From NCBI GenBank assembly GCA_009103225.1, contig RHPI01001052.1, forward strand, positions 1 through 64,000: a stretch of 64,000 bases of DNA, in the 5' to 3' direction. Below the pieces are notes generated by a model that was not told the DNA's origin, did no database searches, and saw nothing but the letters and a program-made list of their open reading frames with translations. A program made the position numbers and the translations under genes. Shown here in pieces: positions 52,241-64,000 of the stretch. Origin of the DNA: Chlorokybus atmophyticus. Taxonomy: Eukaryota > Plantae > Mesostigma and Chlorokybus algae. Within the stretch, counting starts at the first letter, position 1. The number at the start of each line of letters is the position of its first letter.

Positions 52241-54669
52241 TCACAGTCCATACTTGGCCCACAGTTCTCGAGACTCCAGTGCCCATAACGCGTCGTGCGG
52301 GATGCTGTTCGCAGAACGCACCCCACCATCCCCGCCCAAAAAGCGCGAAAACAGGGGCAAGTCATCAAGTATCACCCGCAACTACAAGGCATTTGATGAA
52401 TTAGTCCGTTGTTACCAGTTTCCAGTGCACATAGGCCAGTGACTTGTTACCCCAAGTTAACTCGAGAGTGCAGATGCGCACAAAAACCACCAAGAGACAG
52501 TGAAGGGCTACACAACCTGTGTGTCCAGGGTCATGCAATAATGCATGACTCGCGCGTCCTGCTTCTCTCTCTCACCTTAGCCTTTCCATCAAACTTCTTC
52601 TGAACAATGCTGTGCACGTCACCCAACCCATCAACCAGCCCGAGCTTCAACGCCTGCTGGCCAGTCCAGAATTGGCCGGAAAATATCTCATCCTCTTTTG
52701 ACTGGCACAGCAACAAAGTCAACAGCATGTTGTTGACAAACAAAAAACAAGTGCAGGGTGGTAAAAAGATACGCAAAAGAAACCTCTTGCAAGAGGCTTC
52801 AAGTATCACACCTTGTCTAGCTTGTCGCCTCTGCGCTCTTTAACACGGTCTATGAACACGCCATGCACCTCACGTTGCAAGTCCTCCAGGTATTGTGCAT
52901 CCTCCGGTTTCTCTGGGCTGAAGGGATCAAGCATGACCTGTGCATAGCTTGTCATGTGATGAGCGGAGTGATAGTTGCATGAGCACAATGGAAGGCAGGC
53001 ACTGTTGGAAATTGTGTTTGTCATGACACAGTGTACATGCCTTTCTGGGGCCCGCTGCATGGACACGTCGCTCAATGCCGAGGCGCTCAAGAAGTTTATG
53101 GAAGCCAAAGCCCGCAGAAACCACCCCGATGGAACCCACAATGGATGTTGGGTGTGCGTACACCTCATCTCCCGATATCGCAAGCAGGTACCTTGAGAAG
53201 AAGGTAAGTACTTCACATGTGATGGCCGTCAAGCATGTAATGACGCTTGCTGTTACCCTCCGGATGCAGCAACATCTTCACAAAAAGTCATAACAGGTAT
53301 CTTCTTGCTTTCCGCCAGCTGGCGAATGCGGTCTTGAATCAGAAAGGACTGCACAGGGCTGCCTCCTGGAGAGTTTACCTGAGAATGTTACTTCATTGTC
53401 AACGGCTTGATCTGCAACAGCTATTCGCTGGCATGCATACCTACGCGAGGAACGGCAACTGCTGCTAGACTCTATGCATAAGCAGGCTCAACACGCGCAC
53501 ACAATGCAGTGGTGGTAGCCGCTTACAAGGAGGGCAACAGCGCGAAGATTCGGTAGCGCGAATGCGCCTTCCAGAATTTTGGATATGCCTGCCATGCGAA
53601 TAACGCCGGGGCGAAACGGGCCTGGCGTGGGGCTGATAACACCTGCATGACGGTTTTTTTTTAGCCCTTGTTTTCACCCCTGAAACATCGACAAAACAAA
53701 GCTGAGGGCATGCATGCACTTCTGCATGCATGCATGCAGAAGTGCATGCATGCATGCAGAAGTCCATGCATGCCTTTTCATAGGTTTCATAGGACTGGTG
53801 GGCTGCTGAGTATGGCTTCCTTATGGCACGTGACTGGAGTAAACTGTAACGTTACAGTCATGTGCAATTACTCAAAGCATGCATGCGCAAGAGTAGATCT
53901 TTCAAGTTATGCTGTTGAACTGTGCATGTGACAGTCCTGCGACAGCTGGGACTACGTGAACGCTTGTGACGACAACTATACGGCCAAGGCCGAAAGCAAG
54001 TAAGTAAAAGTAGTAGTGCTTTCTCAAGGCTGCTTTGGCACTGATAAACATGCATGCACTCTGGCCATGTAACGCAAATTAGGCGTAACTCAGTACTGAA
54101 GAGGTCATTAACGCCATGTCCAGCAGGGACCATTGCCAGAGGCGATCACTCGTACACCAACGCTTCGTCGAAACTGGTTAGCATGCAAGGCGTGTTTGCA
54201 CATGTGATTCAAGTTAAGGTCACCACCCTGAATACTAAGCACCAGCTGAGGGTACATGTAAGCTGGAACAAAGTGCCAGCGACACAGCAATGGCACTAGA
54301 CATTGTATGTATATATGTATATATATTTATATATATATATATATACACCTTTCCTAAAATCCATGCATGCACCTTCAAGTGTCTTGCAACATCAGCATGT
54401 GCTGCACTTGGACTGCGATTGATTCCAGGTTGACATGGCTCGCATTCTTTGCATGCAGGCCAGCGTGAACATCGTTGCTAATTCATTTAACCTGTGTTTT
54501 TCTGACCTGTGAGGCGTACAACACCCACCAGGGGGTGTCTGGAGTAGCCGAAGGCGCGCCCCAGCCACGCCATGCCGCCAGTCACCGCCGCCTGGGCGGC
54601 GAGGTAGGCGGCGGCGGCTGCGAACGCCCCCCGTGCCCCACCACCACCTCTGGCAGCAATATTCAGCAT
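52241..54669 (-). CDS. S49 family serine peptidase (short SppA/SohB-like), multi-exon
   Basis: VVRLTGVIS, PGGSPVQS, EDVAASGGY (catalytic Ser), SIVGSIGV, FSGQFWTG.QA.KLGLVDGLG, C-terminal LWAKYGL. Confidence 0.92.
53708..53753. repeat. Perfect 46-bp palindrome built on GCAT repeats (intronic)
   Basis: GCATGCATGCACTTCT-GCATGCATGCATGC-AGAAGTGCATGCATGC equals its own reverse complement. Confidence 0.9.
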
Positions 54670-55022
54670 GGCAGCAGTAGCATGCCGCACACCAGCAGCA
54701 TGCAGCAGCTGCACACAAACGCTATGTTGGCCCAACGCAAAATGTGCCGCAAGCACACAAGTACACAACAACTCACTCAGGAACCCAGCCAACATGACGC
54801 TTGTGTGCAACTCCAGCACTTGGATCAGCTCAATCAATCACATCTGAGTGGAAAGTACGTGGTTAGACACCAACTGGATTGACAGCGTGGCAGGCCCATC
54901 CGACGGTGACGTTTGAGGGATTGAGGGTTTATGCAGTCAAAATTGACCAAGATGGTAACTGTTGACCACGTTGCTAGGGGTTAGGTGGATTGGGTTAACG
55001 CCAGTGGCAGGGTGTAGGCGGA

Positions 55023-58000
55023 ATGGCGGCGGCCGGGGTGGCGGCAGCGGCGGGGTCCGGGGTGGAGGCGTTGGCGAGGACGCTCTTCTTGCAAGAGGGG
55101 CCATACGCGCCGCCAGTATGGGCAGAAGAGCTGGAACCCAAGCCTCTGACTCGCGTCAAGCTGGCAATGGCATGTGTTTGTTTACCTCTGCATGCTGCGA
55201 TTTCTGTGCTTGGCCAGCTGCATGCATTGCCCCGCAGACATGCTTTAACACTCACCGAAGTTTTTGCAAATTTGTTTGGCAATCTAGTCTTGTCGATATT
55301 AGTGATCTGTTAACAAGTCCGCTGACATGCTAACGTACAACAGCATGTCAGACTAACTTGGTGCATGGGACGCAATCATGTCCTGCATGCCCATTTCTTA
55401 AAAGGCCATTGACTAGGTATCACAGCTGTCATAGCTCATAGAGGTTGATTGATGCATGCTTATGTCTATGCGTGTGGTGCACAGCGCGGCCATCGTCTCT
55501 CTCTCTCTATCGTGTAGACAGCTAGGTCCCTGTCACGTGGCCACGCATGCGCGCATGCACAGCAAGTTGCATGTGAATGCACCGACAAAGCACTGGTTAA
55601 CTGGCAACTGTTGGGTGCAGCTTCCAACCCCTATTCATAGATGGGTGCCTCCTGGATTACCTGCTGACGTGAACCTGTGGATAAAGGTAAGCCCCCCCCC
55701 CTAGATTGTGCGCGCACNNNNNNNNNNNNNNNNNNNNNNNNNNNNNNNNNNNNNNNNNNNNNNNNNNNNNNNNNNNNNNNNNNNNNNNNNNNNNNNNNNN
55801 NNNNNNNNNNNNNNNNNNNNNNNNNNNNNNNNNNNNNNNNNNNNNNNNNNNNNNNNNNNNNNNNNNNNNNNNNNNNNNNNNNNNNNNNNNNNNNNNNNNN
55901 NNNNNNNNNNNNNNNNNNNNNNNNNNNNNNNNNNNNNNNNNNNNNNNNNNNNNNNNNNNNNNNNNNNNNNNNNNNNNNNNNNNNNNNNNNNNNNNNNNNN
56001 NNNNNNNNNNNNNNNNNNNNNNNNNNNNNNNNNNNNNNNNNNNNNNNNNNNNNNNNNNNNNNNNNNNNNNNNNNNNNNNNNNNNNNNNNNNNNNNNNNNN
56101 NNNNNNNNNNNNNNNNNNNNNNNNNNNNNNNNNNNNNNNNNNNNNNNNNNNNNNNNNNNNNNNNNNNNNNNNNNNNNNNNNNNNNNNNNNNNNNNNNNNN
56201 NNNNNNNNNNNNNNNNNNNNNNNNNNNNNNNNNNNNNNNNNNNNNNNNNNNNNNNNNNNNNNNNNNNNNNNNNNNNNNNNNNNNNNNNNNNNNNNNNNNN
56301 NNNNNNNNNNNNNNNNNNNNNNNNNNNNNNNNNNNNNNNNNNNNNNNNNNNNNNNNNNNNNNNNNNNNNNNNNNNNCGCCCGCCCGCCCGCCCGCTACTG
56401 CCATACAATCTCTTGGGCAGCGTGATGATGTCACTGGAATGTCACTGAGCGGCAACAAAGTCAGGAAGCTGGAGTTCTTGTTAGCTGACGCAAAGGCGAA
56501 AGGCGCCGACTGCGTGGTCACTGCAGGTACTGCTGCCAGCCAAGTTGCCCCAATTGCATGCTGCATGTCCTAGTTATGCTGACGTTGTTATGGTTATGGT
56601 TAAGTCTGGCAGCAGTGCCTTATTTTGTGCTTTGTGCGTTTGCATGAGTGTGCGCGTACATGCAGGCTTGTGGGTTTCACTGTTTCACCAAACACAAACT
56701 CTCACTTCACTTCGATATTGCATCTCTCAGTTAGTATTCAAATGTGCAGGCGGGATCCAGTCCAACCATTGTCGGGCAACCGCTGTCGCAGCGAGGTACT
56801 TGAAGCTCAATACCCACCTGTTGTTGCGCACTTCTTGTGCGCTGGTGGACAAGGTAGCTAACAGGCCCCGTTTCTCGGGGTCCAAGTACCGCTCTATATC
56901 TGTGCTGCATGCTGTTGCTGTTAGCTATGACCTTACACGCACATCTGCATTGTGTGTGCTCTTGCAGGACCCAGGACTGACAGGCAACTTGCTGGTTGAG
57001 CGCATGGCTGGTGCGCACATCCATCTCATTACCAAAGAAGAGTATTCGCAGTATGGCTCCCCGGTGCGTAAACTATCATGCAGTATTTAGCACAGGAGTG
57101 GCAGCCTTTGCCGGGTTTGCAGGGCACAACAGGCAACACAACAACAAATCGCACACCAATATCTAACGCTGCACAGTTGCATGCAGGCTCTTCTAGAGGC
57201 GCTGGCAAAGCAGCTGCATGCACAAGGGAAGAAGCCTTACGTGATACCAGTCGGGGGTTCCAATTCACTTGGCTCTTGGTATGTCATCGACCCTCACTGG
57301 CCAGACCATTTCATAATGCAGTTGTATTGAGCTCACTGATCAGTAAGTTTCTTGCCAGGGGCTATCTCGAGTGCGTTGATGAGATCAGAAGGCAGCTACC
57401 TTCGCTAGACATGCCTCCCAACTTTGACCACATAGCGTTCGCTTGCGGAAGTGGTGGGACCGCTGCTGGGTTGGCTCTTGGAGCAAGTCTAGCTGCCATG
57501 AACACTCAGGTGAAGTGGCAGTTCTGCATTGGCCGCTGACTTATATGCAGTCTTGGACGACTGCATGTTCACAGCTCTGTGACCATGCACAGAGCAACGG
57601 AGTGATGCTTATACATGTCACCAACAGGTACATGCGTTCGGGGTCTGTGATGACCCTGAGTACTTTTACGACTACATACAAGGGTTGCTAGATGACCTTG
57701 GTGCTGGCAAGAATGCCAAAGATTTGTTGACATGTCACCAGGTCAAGTTGACTGTTGCGTATTTCATGCACCAGCACGGTGCTGTGGAGAGGTGCTAACA
57801 AGTGCGATTGTCAACAGGCTAAGGGCTTGGGATATGCGATCAGTACCGAAGAGGAGTTGGAGTTTGTCCGGCATGTTGCAGAGACTACTGGTATCATTCT
57901 TGACCCTGTCTACAGGTTAGGGGTTGCAACTTAGCGTCTAGAGTTAAAACTTTGTACCAACTGCAAGTGCAAACCACACTTGCCCTTGTTGCTTGCAGCG

Positions 58001-58182
58001 GCAAAGCGCTGTACAGGTTGTTTGAGCTCATCAAGGCGGAGCCATCGAAATGGAGCGGAGCAAATGTGCTTTTCATTCACACTGGAGGACTTTTGGGCAT
58101 GTATGATAAGACGTTGCAGCTGCAACCGCTCGTGGAGGCTACTGGGCCCTCAGTGCGGTTCAATGTTTCCGGCATTGCCTGA
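55023..58182 (+). CDS. DCD: D-cysteine desulfhydrase (PLP enzyme, ACC deaminase family), multi-exon
   Basis: [57 protein letters not shown]. Confidence 0.93.
55718..56376. other. Assembly gap (N) inside a DCD intron
   Basis: N run. Confidence 1.
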
Positions 58183-58866
58183 TTGCTTGCTTAGAATTTA
58201 TTGGTTGACCACTGGTGTACAATTATTGAATGCGATACAGCAACAATCATGGCTGCAGTTACTTGCGAACATGGTCTCTGCATACAACTGGTTGGTTGCA
58301 ATGCGCAACCTCCTCACACAAGCTTTTCGAAGTGCGCATGCGGCAATGACAAGACGTGAACACGCAGGAAGTTCATGCCCCAATGTTTGCCAGTAGTAAG
58401 TATACCTCGTTACTTGTCCCGTTTGGCACCCTGGTTTTGTTGTTGATATGTAGTTGGCCTCCCCAAGGTGCTCACCAACAACATTTCTGACTGCAATTCT
58501 GCGCAACAATTGCAGAGTCCACCGCAACATAAAGTTGTGTTCATTTGACATGCTTCTGCAACAAATCGCACATACTGTCCATGTCAAGCTGACAGGCAAC
58601 TTGTAGCATGGCAACCGTTTTGCCAAATCACTGTGTCAGTGTGCAAACAACCCAAAACACCAAGACTTTGCCTCTGCAGCGAAACCACCTAGGCTGCAAG
58701 CTCGATGTCATTCCTACACTGCACCTACAGACGTAACAATAACACTCGCACAAAGAAACAAATAATGTTTTGTCTACGTCATCTTCTTATTGACAGATGC
58801 ACCGAAGCGCCAGAGGTCAAAGCACCTTTAAGCAGCACCACTGCTGGGTGAACGACCTACTGTGCA

Positions 58867-59890
58867 TTAGGTCTTCGCTGTGCCAAACTTGGCATAATGT
58901 AGGCCATATGCAAGCGTGTACAGGCCAGCAAATACGAGGTGCCCTTGCGATGCCAGCTCCTGAAGCGTCTTCAGCAGGTTGTTGATTGGTACCGTCAGCA
59001 CCTCGATGAACTCCCCATCATCGAGCTGCTGCACCGGATGCGCATTCTCTTGCTGTGACATGTCTACTCGGACCTGTGCAGTGAACAGCATGAACTACCC
59101 TAAGCCATCCAACAGCATTTTGTGAAGGTCACAAGAAGCGTGTTTTGCGTACCACCACAATATTGACCGCTTCATCCGCAAGACCTGCACTCAATGTCAC
59201 CGGCGGTGATGAAGAGTCCACCGCTCCTTGGTAGCCTGTTTCCTCACGCAACTCTCGCAGCGCCGCTGCTGGCGCATCCTCCCCGTCATCCATCAACCCT
59301 GCATGGCATGCATCTAGTTGTAGAGCTTGCAAACAGACAGAGCGTATGCACGGCACTATGAAACTAGGTTGTACCTGCTGGCAGTTCTATGGTTGTGCTG
59401 TCCACGGCTGGCCTATACTGCTTGACCTGAAACCATAAACACAGAGGATAACCCAACTTGATAACCCAACTTGATAACCATGATTGTCGTCAAGACCACA
59501 CGACTACACGCGTACCAGCACAATCTCCGACTCCTTTCCTGGATGCTCCAGGAATGTTATGATAGCAACGCCATCCGAAGCCCCCCTGCCTCTCACTTCG
59601 TCAGTTGAACAATGTGCGGCTCAACATATTACAGCGCTCTACCTGCGCGTGGTTCTTGTACACATGTCCCACTGCACATGGCAACGCAGAAGCGGTCAAC
59701 CGCCAATGTGTCTGCTATGCATTTATGCAGGAACCATGGCTGGGACACTGACCTGGCGGTCCCTTCCCTTTGCGTCCACGTAGTTCACGCTTCTCAGTTT
59801 CAGCCACTTTGTTTCCGCGACATCCTGTGTGCTCGTGACACGACACGTTGCCAACCGCTCAGCTGTGGATGGTGAGGATGCGGATGCCAT
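58867..59890 (-). CDS. Nudix hydrolase, ADP-sugar/ADP-ribose pyrophosphatase type (NUDT5-like), multi-exon
   Basis: Nudix box G.MDDGE...AAALRELREETGY, plus KWLKL, QYRPAV and QLDDGEFIEV motifs. The start may extend upstream of 59890. Confidence 0.88.
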
Positions 59891-61053
59891 CTGATACAAT
59901 TGGTTTATTGGCGATCGTTTCTCAGTTTACTGACATTCAGTTCACCACATGATGATTTAGTGGCCCTTCCCCGGCCAGTGGCAAGGACGGACTTGCTGCT
60001 GCCAGACATGGACAACGACATCATCAAGCTTGCCACAGCTGTTGGTACCCAACACGGCCTTCACTTGCAAAATCAAAAAGCAAAACCAGTAAGCGTAGTA
60101 GCATCTGGTTGCGGGAATCACACCCAAAGGTTGGTCACACGGCCTGTTTTTTACCATCTATTGTGCATTGAATAAGCTGTGCATGCAGTGAGCCGTGTAC
60201 AATAATAGCTACACTATTGTTTCTGCCATACTTGGTTGTATGCTACGACCTGCGTGCATGCATGCTCTCGGGCGGGGTGTGTGCCGAGCTGCTGTTCGCA
60301 CCTTGCCAGCTTGATGTAGTCATAAAACCACAAAAGCTACTGTTAAACTCCAGCGTGCGCAGTAATCTTCGAAGTATCAACAAAGCATGCACGCTGCTAG
60401 AGTTTCGCAAGTGGCAATGCTTTATGCCAGATCCAGTTGAGTTGGCCTTGTCCAACATCAACATGAGCAGCTTGGGCTGTCAACCAGTCGTGCTAAAAAT
60501 GCGACAGCTGTCGTTATTACCTGGCGTAGAGTTATCAGCCGTCTGCTTACGCGTGCAACCGTCCACCTGTAGCTCATGCACACCTCCTCCGCCGTCGCCG
60601 CCGCTTCGTCAGGGCGATCAGATCCAGCTGCTGAATGTTGTGGTGCAGTACGGCAGTCAGCAAAGCCAGCTGATCACTGAATCGCTGATCACTAGCTGAT
60701 CACAAAAACGCTGATCAGCACGTTGGTGGATCAGCACGTTGGTGGATCACTGGGTTAGCGAGGAGAAGCGCCGGTTGAGAATACGACTGAGTACTTGTCA
60801 TGAGCGCAATTGTGGACCTGAACACAGCCTTCGTTACTGTGCATTGAGTCGATAACTTGAACCTGTCTCATGCAATTCTGTAGAGCAGTTAGCGTTAACC
60901 GGCGTCTTGGATTAGGGTTACGGTTGTCCGCTATTGCCAGCGTTCCCGCCGCCGCCGCTGCCGCCGCCGACGGCGCTGCCGACGAGGAGAAGCGCGAGGA
61001 CGGCGGGTCGGAGAGAGGTGGGACAGGTTGTATGTAGAGCGTGTGACGATGAG

Positions 61054-64000
61054 ATGCCACCCATGCCAGGGCGGCTGATGGCGGCGGTGAGCAGGCAGGC
61101 TGGCAGTGCGGCGGTGGTGGCAAACGGCGGAGCGGTGAACAAGGCCAAGGAGAACGGGGTGGTGAACAAGGCCAAAGAGGAGGCGGACTTCCGTTTAGAA
61201 GCTGTAGAGTACCCGCAATGGGTGCCCTCTGCTATTACCGCTCTGTCAGCCAGCCCGGACGGCGCCGCTGTGGCTGTTGCGCGGGAAAGCCGGGACATTG
61301 AGATCTGGAACGTGTCTGGCAGTTGGCACTTAGAGCTGGTATGGCACTTCATGGCAGTCTCTGTGACGCTATATGCGCGTGAGTTGCTTGGTTGATCTCA
61401 TGCCGGCGTTGCCTTGGAATTTGGCTGTGCATGTGAGTTGTACCAATGTCAGGGCATTCTTTTCAGTATTGCAAGGATAGGTTCTATCCTTGCACTGCTT
61501 GAGTACTACCTCTGTCCAAGATTATACAATTCGCGTATCCAGAAAGCAGTACACCGCCTGCACTTGTCCCTCATTCATGGGTGCAGTTGTTTTCGCAGCA
61601 GAAGGTTTCAGCAGTTTGTTGGCAGCTGTGTGGTTGTGCCACACATGCACACTGCCGTTGCATTCGTGTACTACCCAGGAATTTGGTTGTTGATATCATG
61701 AACATACCAACTGCACTGCGTCAGCAGTTACTCTGTGGTCATGCACTGCCTTGTCAACTGGAGTATGGCCAATTGAGCGTGCTTGCGCAGCTGTTGCTGT
61801 CACTTCAGCACGCTGGATGATCTTCTTTTTGATACAGCTGATGGTGGTGCTGATGCTACTGCATGCTGTGACAGCACATTCCTGGGAGTGAGGGTGGTGC
61901 GATTACATCGCTAGCTTGGTGCAAAGAAGGTGTTGCTGGGACTCGGGGCCGGTTATTCTCAGCAGGGCATGATGCAGCTATTACTGAATGGGACCTCCAG
62001 GCCCTCCGACCAAAGGTATGTAACCGCAGCATAGATACGTAGCGTAGACAACAGCCAGCTGTTAGGTAGCAGCTTAATTGCTTCTTTGCAGAATTACACG
62101 GAGTCTCAGGGAGGCGCTGTGTGGTGCCTGGCTGCACAGCCAGTGCTGTCCATAGGAGATGAAGGTCAGCATCTGGCGATTGCTTGCGAGGATGGCGCAG
62201 TCAGGCTTTTCAATACTGGATCAACGGAAGTTGTCAATGTTGCTTCTCCATTAGAGTTCAAGCGTGCATTTACCCGGGTGCAAGGTATGTTGCTCTTGCA
62301 TGCCATGAGCACTTCAGTGTGTGGGTTATAATGCCTGACTGCAACGACCTTGTTATAGATGCGAGGGCGCTGTCAGTTGCTTGGCATCCATCTGCAGAGC
62401 GTATCTACTCTGGCGCTTCTGATGGGTAAGTGGCAATGCATCTGACTGTGGTTGTAGTACTACGCACTGAGAACGTGATTTTGTCAACTGCGCCATATGC
62501 TTGCAAAGCTTGTGTTCACTGCCAACACGGCTCAAGCATTACTCAGATTGATCCTTTTACCAACAGCATTGTAGTGCTAGGCTGCTGTCGTCACATGTGT
62601 ATCAGGTCATGATTGCTGTGGTAGACGGTTAAGCCTGGCCGCTTAATCTCGGCTGCAGGCAAGCGCGGGGATTTTATAGGTCATAGTTGACAGACCTACG
62701 TTGTGTAAAAGAAAGGAAATTCACACAGCCCGAACCGGGTGTGGCCATGCAAACCGCACACTTGTGTGCGAGTTGGTGCGCCTGGTGTCGGTGCTACATG
62801 CACCTTGTGGGACGCAACAGCTGCGAATCATGCGTGGCCAAAGAGGTATGCTAGCTGATGCCAAAACGGTCTGTGTAGACGTTGCAGTGTCAGGGACCAC
62901 GCTGCGTAGGCTAACTGTCACGTGGTGACGGCCATGCGAGTTGGCAGCCCTGACCGGGCAGTGTATGTGGGTCGTTATGATAACCATAAAACTGACCTCA
63001 TCCGCGAGCCTAACGTCTATGGGGTTAACCTGCATTTGAGGTGCTGGGTGACTCATGCGTACGAGCACCCTTGGCTTTTGGCAGTTGCCCTTGTGCTCAT
63101 CCCAATTTGGGTTGCACACAAGGGTACATGGAGCCCTTACCTCGAGTATAGTTGATATTTCACTGGCATATGGATAGACAACATGCTCCCTTCCCTGTCT
63201 ACATTTCACCCGTGTTCAGCGTTGCTTGGTGTCATTCACCTGTGTGGCTACCATGAGTGTTCCAGTTTGCGTTCTGACAGCAGGTGCATACACAGGTGTA
63301 TTCGCTGTTGGTCAGTCCGGATTGGGCAGGAACTGCTGCGCATAACCGCAGGAGGTGGTGGCGTGGACACTAGTACACCACTGGTCTGGGCTCTTCAAGT
63401 GTTAAGGTATGCACTAGCTAATTTTGTTAGTTGGGGGTCGCCCAGGCCATGCATCGTGCCAATGCAGTTGGCTAAACCGATGTTTGCAGGGATGGGACTG
63501 TAGTCAGTGGGGACAGTACGGGACGCACACAGTTTTGGGACGGACAGCTCGGCACTCTACTCCAGGCCCAGCAGCGCCACACGGCAGACGTGCTAGCATT
63601 GGCAACATCAGCTTCTGGAAATGATGTGTTCTCAGCAGGAGTTGATGGCCAGGTTGTCATGTTCTCAAGGTTGCATAACAGCGGTGACGCAACTTTGTCC
63701 GATGCTGGAGCTGTGCGCGAAGGGGAATGGGCCTTCGTGGAGGCTCGACGTGCGCATTCACACGACATCCGCGCGTTGACTGTTGCAACACCAGCAGCAC
63801 CAGACCCCAGCACCTCTAGCTCAGACGGTTCAGGCAACCTCAAGCAGAGGCGGAACAGCCTTCTTGGCGGGCGGCTGGTCTCTGGTGGAAATGATGCAAT
63901 CTTAACTACATACGCAGTTGACGGCTTCGCAAGCTATCGACCTCAACAGGTCTCGTCAGCCCCGCAGCCCCCACCCATGCACTTTTCTGCGCCAACAGGA
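61054..64000 (+). CDS. UTP4: U3 snoRNP/SSU processome WD40 protein UTP4 (cirhin); 3' end outside the window
   Basis: W.PSAITAL, GRLFSAG, GGAVWCLA, ACEDGAVRLF, SGDSTGRTQFWD, H.ADVLAL, SAGVDGQV, HSHDIRAL, SGGND. Confidence 0.9.

Noticed and set aside
55023-58182. ACC deaminase
   Set aside because: It has DPVYSGK and HTGG (Ser/Thr), typical of D-cysteine desulfhydrases, not the Glu/Leu pair of true ACC deaminases.
62425-63290. Intronic snoRNA or nested ORF (62922-63155) in the long UTP4 intron
   Set aside because: No paired C (RTGATGA) and D (CTGA) boxes with a terminal stem were found, and the ORF has no recognisable motif.

Overview
Eukaryotic nuclear DNA from a flagellate-capable green alga. 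An early-diverging streptophyte is plausible, but that is inference. The assembly looks short-read, with four N gaps next to G/C runs. The left ~27.3 kb is a nest of Ty3/Gypsy LTR retrotransposons (letter names are mine). An old degenerate element D has its 5' LTR interrupted by element C (13315-20334, minus, near-intact), by a solo LTR (20346-20839) and probably by element B (ends 12996). B itself carries an intact young element A1 (4688-11546) and a chimeric mini-element E (1235-2606). A 502-bp TRIM, F (23081-23582), sits in D's gag. A1, C, E, F and the solo LTR each have a 5-bp TSD (C's has one mismatch). A1, C and D share a single in-frame UAG between gag and pol, followed by a domain resembling a degenerate adenine-methyltransferase fold upstream of the protease, and all three end in a chromodomain. 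The two mini-LTR elements share a tRNA-type Pol III layout: A box in the LTR end, B box after the PBS, with about 54-55 nt spacing. To the right are an unclassified hairpin-rich region containing a MITE, a plant-type multi-pass membrane gene and a degenerate Penelope-like element with N-terminal GIY-YIG (Chlamys/Naiad type). Host genes follow: DNAAF5, an unknown plastid-targeted protein, an S49 peptidase, D-cysteine desulfhydrase, a Nudix hydrolase and UTP4 (runs off the window). No rRNA, tRNA gene or CRISPR array was found.
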